Assembly: GCA_022749895.1 (NCBI GenBank)
Contig: JAKIWS010000004.1
Coordinates: 6,195-70,194, forward strand
Source of the DNA: Thermoplasmata archaeon
GTDB taxonomy: Archaea; Thermoplasmatota; Thermoplasmata; Lutacidiplasmatales; UBA184
Reading direction: 5' to 3'
DNA: 64,000 nucleotides
Positions 62,087-64,000 of this stretch are shown here, piece by piece. The position numbers and the translations under genes are program-made. The notes below the pieces were generated by a model. That model did not search any database and was not told the DNA's origin. It saw only the letters and a list, made by a program, of their open reading frames with translations. The first letter of the stretch is position 1; every line of letters begins with the position of its first letter.

Positions 62087-62604
62087 GCCGGGGCGCCCGC
62101 GGTCCGAGCCGCGAGCTCGGCGCGGACCTTCTCCACGAGCCCACCGGCCTCGAGCAGGTCGAGGAGATGGTGGGGGAGCGGCGGGAACTCGATCGAGCGA
62201 CCGGTGCGCCGGTTCGTCACGCGCCCGGCCGTCATCTCGAGGCGGGCGGTGTCGCCGGTCTCGAACAGGGCGCGGACGCCGCGGGCCTCGATCGCCGGAA
62301 GTCCGAGGTTGATCGAATTGCGGAAGAAGATCCGGGCGAACGAGTCCGCGATGATCGCCGCGACGCCGATCGCCTTCAACGCCTGCGGCGCGTGCTCGCG
62401 GCTCGATCCGGAGCCAAAGTTCTCGTCGGCGACGAGGATGTCCCCCGGTCGGGCGGCGGCGGCGAACTCCGGCAGCGCGATCTCGAGAACGTGCTTCTTG
62501 AGCTCGTTCGGGTCGATCACGGTGAGGTATTTGCCGCTGATGATCCCGTCGGTGTCGACGTCGCGACCGAGCGTCCAGACCCGGCCCTCGATCACATCCT
62601 GCAT
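62083..62604 (-). CDS. leuD: 3-isopropylmalate/(homo)aconitate dehydratase small subunit
   Basis: From ATG 62604: DVDTDGIISGKYL and GSGSSREHAPQALK. ATGA overlap with leuB. Confidence 0.85.
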   Translation of the reverse strand: MQDVIEGRVWTLGRDVDTDGIISGKYLTVIDPNELKKHVLEIALPEFAAAARPGDILVADENFGSGSSREHAPQALKAIGVAAIIADSFARIFFRNSINLGLPAIEARGVRALFETGDTARLEMTAGRVTNRRTGRSIEFPPLPHHLLDLLEAGGLVEKVRAELAARTAGAPA

Positions 62605-62612
62605 GACGATCC

Positions 62613-63899
62613 CTACAGCATCTCGCGCGGGTCGGAGATCTCGCCGCGGATCGCGGTCGCGACGGTCGCGATCGGCGACATCAGGTAGATCCGAGCGTTC
62701 TTCGCCCCCATCCGTCCCGGGAAGTTCCGGTTCGACGACGACGCGCAGACCTCGTCCGGGGCGAGGATGCCCATGTTCCCCCCGAAACAGGCGGAACAGC
62801 TCGAGTTCGTGAACACCGCGCCGGCCTCCGTGAAGATGTCGATCAGCCCCTCGTGGAGGCACTGCTGGTAGATCGAGGTCGACGCCGGCGAGACGATGAA
62901 GCGCACCCCCGGCGCGACTTTCTGCCCCTTCATCAGCGCGGCCGCATCGCGGATGTCCTCGATCCGCGCGTTGGTGCAGGAGCCCAGGAACACCTGGTCG
63001 ACGCGGACGTGCTCCGCGACGACGTCCGGGAGCGGACGAACGTTGTCCGGGGAGTAGGGGCAGGCGACCATCGGCGGCATGTCGTCGACGTCGATCTCGA
63101 TCGTCCGCTCGTACCGCGCGTCGGCGTCGGGCTGGAGCGGGTGCATCGGGTGTTTCGCGATGCCGCGGAGGTACTCTTCCGTCGTGGCGTCGGGGGCGAC
63201 CATCCCGCACTTGGCCCCCATCTCCGTCGTCATGTTGCAGAGCGTGAACCGCTCGGGCATCGAGAAGCTCTCGATCGTGGGCCCCGCGAACTCGACGGCC
63301 TTGTAGGCGGCGCCGGTCGTGGTCGTCTCCTTGAGGACCCTCAGGATGAGATCCTTGGCGCGGACACCGCGACCGAGCCGGCCCTTGACGTGAACCCGGA
63401 TCGTGGGCGGTACCTTGAGCCAGAGCCGTCCGAGCGCGAGCACCGCGGCCATCTCCGTCGGGCCGATCCCGGTCGCCACGGCGCCCATCGCACCGAGCAT
63501 GTTGGTGTGGGAATCGGTCCCGACGGCGAGGTCGCCCGGCACCACCCAGCCGTGCTCGGCGAGGATCTGGTGGCAGATGCCGTGGTTGCCGACGTCGTAG
63601 AAGTGGGAGAGATTCTGCTCCTTCGCGAACTGCCGGAGGATGCGGTGGAGGATGGCGGCGCCCTCGGTCGACGCGGGCACCCAGTGGTCGATCGCGATCA
63701 CCACGCGCTCGGGGTCCCAGACGGCCTTCGCCCCCATGTCGTGGAACGGCCCGACCGTCTGGGCGCCTTGCTCGTGCATCATCGCGAGGTCGACGTTTCC
63801 GTCGACGATCTGACCGGGCACGACGGTCGGCAGCCCCGACGCGCGGGACAGCACCTTCTCCGCGAGCGTCAGCCCGTGTCCGTTGCTTGCCGGCATCAC
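62613..63899 (-). CDS. leuC: 3-isopropylmalate/(homo)aconitate dehydratase large subunit
   Basis: Aconitase-family blocks GTDSHT, FTLCNMTTEMG, the cluster-ligand region GSCTNARIEDI, and SSNRNFPGRMG. The GTG start overlaps the upstream stop. Confidence 0.9.
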   Translation of the reverse strand: MMPASNGHGLTLAEKVLSRASGLPTVVPGQIVDGNVDLAMMHEQGAQTVGPFHDMGAKAVWDPERVVIAIDHWVPASTEGAAILHRILRQFAKEQNLSHFYDVGNHGICHQILAEHGWVVPGDLAVGTDSHTNMLGAMGAVATGIGPTEMAAVLALGRLWLKVPPTIRVHVKGRLGRGVRAKDLILRVLKETTTTGAAYKAVEFAGPTIESFSMPERFTLCNMTTEMGAKCGMVAPDATTEEYLRGIAKHPMHPLQPDADARYERTIEIDVDDMPPMVACPYSPDNVRPLPDVVAEHVRVDQVFLGSCTNARIEDIRDAAALMKGQKVAPGVRFIVSPASTSIYQQCLHEGLIDIFTEAGAVFTNSSCSACFGGNMGILAPDEVCASSSNRNFPGRMGAKNARIYLMSPIATVATAIRGEISDPREML

Positions 63900-64000
63900 G
63901 ACCCCGTTCCGATCCCAAGCGCGTAGACCATCGCCCAGAACTCCGCATCGGATAGCCCCGGGTGCTCGTAGAGTCTTCGATACTCCCCCAGGAACTTTTC
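63896..64000 (-). CDS. 3' end (34 codons) of an unidentified upstream gene, translationally coupled to leuC
   Basis: Manual translation gives ...EKFLGEYRRLYEHPGLSDAEFWAMVYALGIGTGS*. Its TGA overlaps the leuC GTG (GTGA 63896..63899). Too short to assign. Confidence 0.3.
   Translation of the reverse strand, partial: EKFLGEYRRLYEHPGLSDAEFWAMVYALGIGTGS

Noticed and set aside
1-64000. Looked for CRISPR arrays, IS/transposase or integrase genes, rRNA operons and long direct or inverted repeats.
   Set aside because: I saw no regularly spaced repeats, no transposase- or integrase-like ORFs and no rRNA-like low-GC-skew segments by eye. A proper repeat or covariance-model scan would be needed to be certain.

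Overview
Very GC-rich chromosomal segment that reads as archaeal. The markers are aEF-1beta with its Zn-ribbon neighbour, an STT3/AglB oligosaccharyltransferase with WWDYG, a thermopsin-family peptidase, and a thiolase + DUF35 pair. A Thermoplasmata-like origin is only an inference. About 55 genes are packed tightly, and many are joined by 4-nt ATGA/GTGA stop/start overlaps.

Layout:
- 0-9 kb: peptidases (S9, M3, thermopsin-like) and small housekeeping genes.
- 9.3-17.4 kb: a bacterial-type operon pgi-gnd-zwf-pgl-GH15 glucoamylase-eIF2B-like.
- 17.6-24.7 kb: a Kelch surface protein and a MoxR/DUF58 operon.
- 24.6-32.5 kb: GH15-ROK glucokinase-full-length transketolase, divergent from glycogen-synthase-like GT + GH57.
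- 32.6-39 kb: beta-propeller, wHTH regulator, GNAT, PNGase-A/PKD surface protein, cupin.
- 39-45.7 kb: the least-understood block. It holds a small protein + retropepsin-like protease, three tandem AIM24 paralogs with an embedded Zn-ribbon gene and a TM/helical protein, then three paralogous exported Ala/Thr/Val-rich proteins.
- 45.8-51.6 kb: redox and membrane genes and aEF-1beta.
- 51.6-59.1 kb: a sequon-dense protein and a 2,215-aa AglB.
- 59.2-64 kb: DUF35-thiolase-IPMDH-LeuD-LeuC.

I found no rRNA, tRNA, CRISPR array or IS element. Because of the GC content the ORF track is full of long Arg/Pro/Gly-rich shadow ORFs, which I rejected. Family assignments come from motifs read by eye and from memory of those families; no searches were run.
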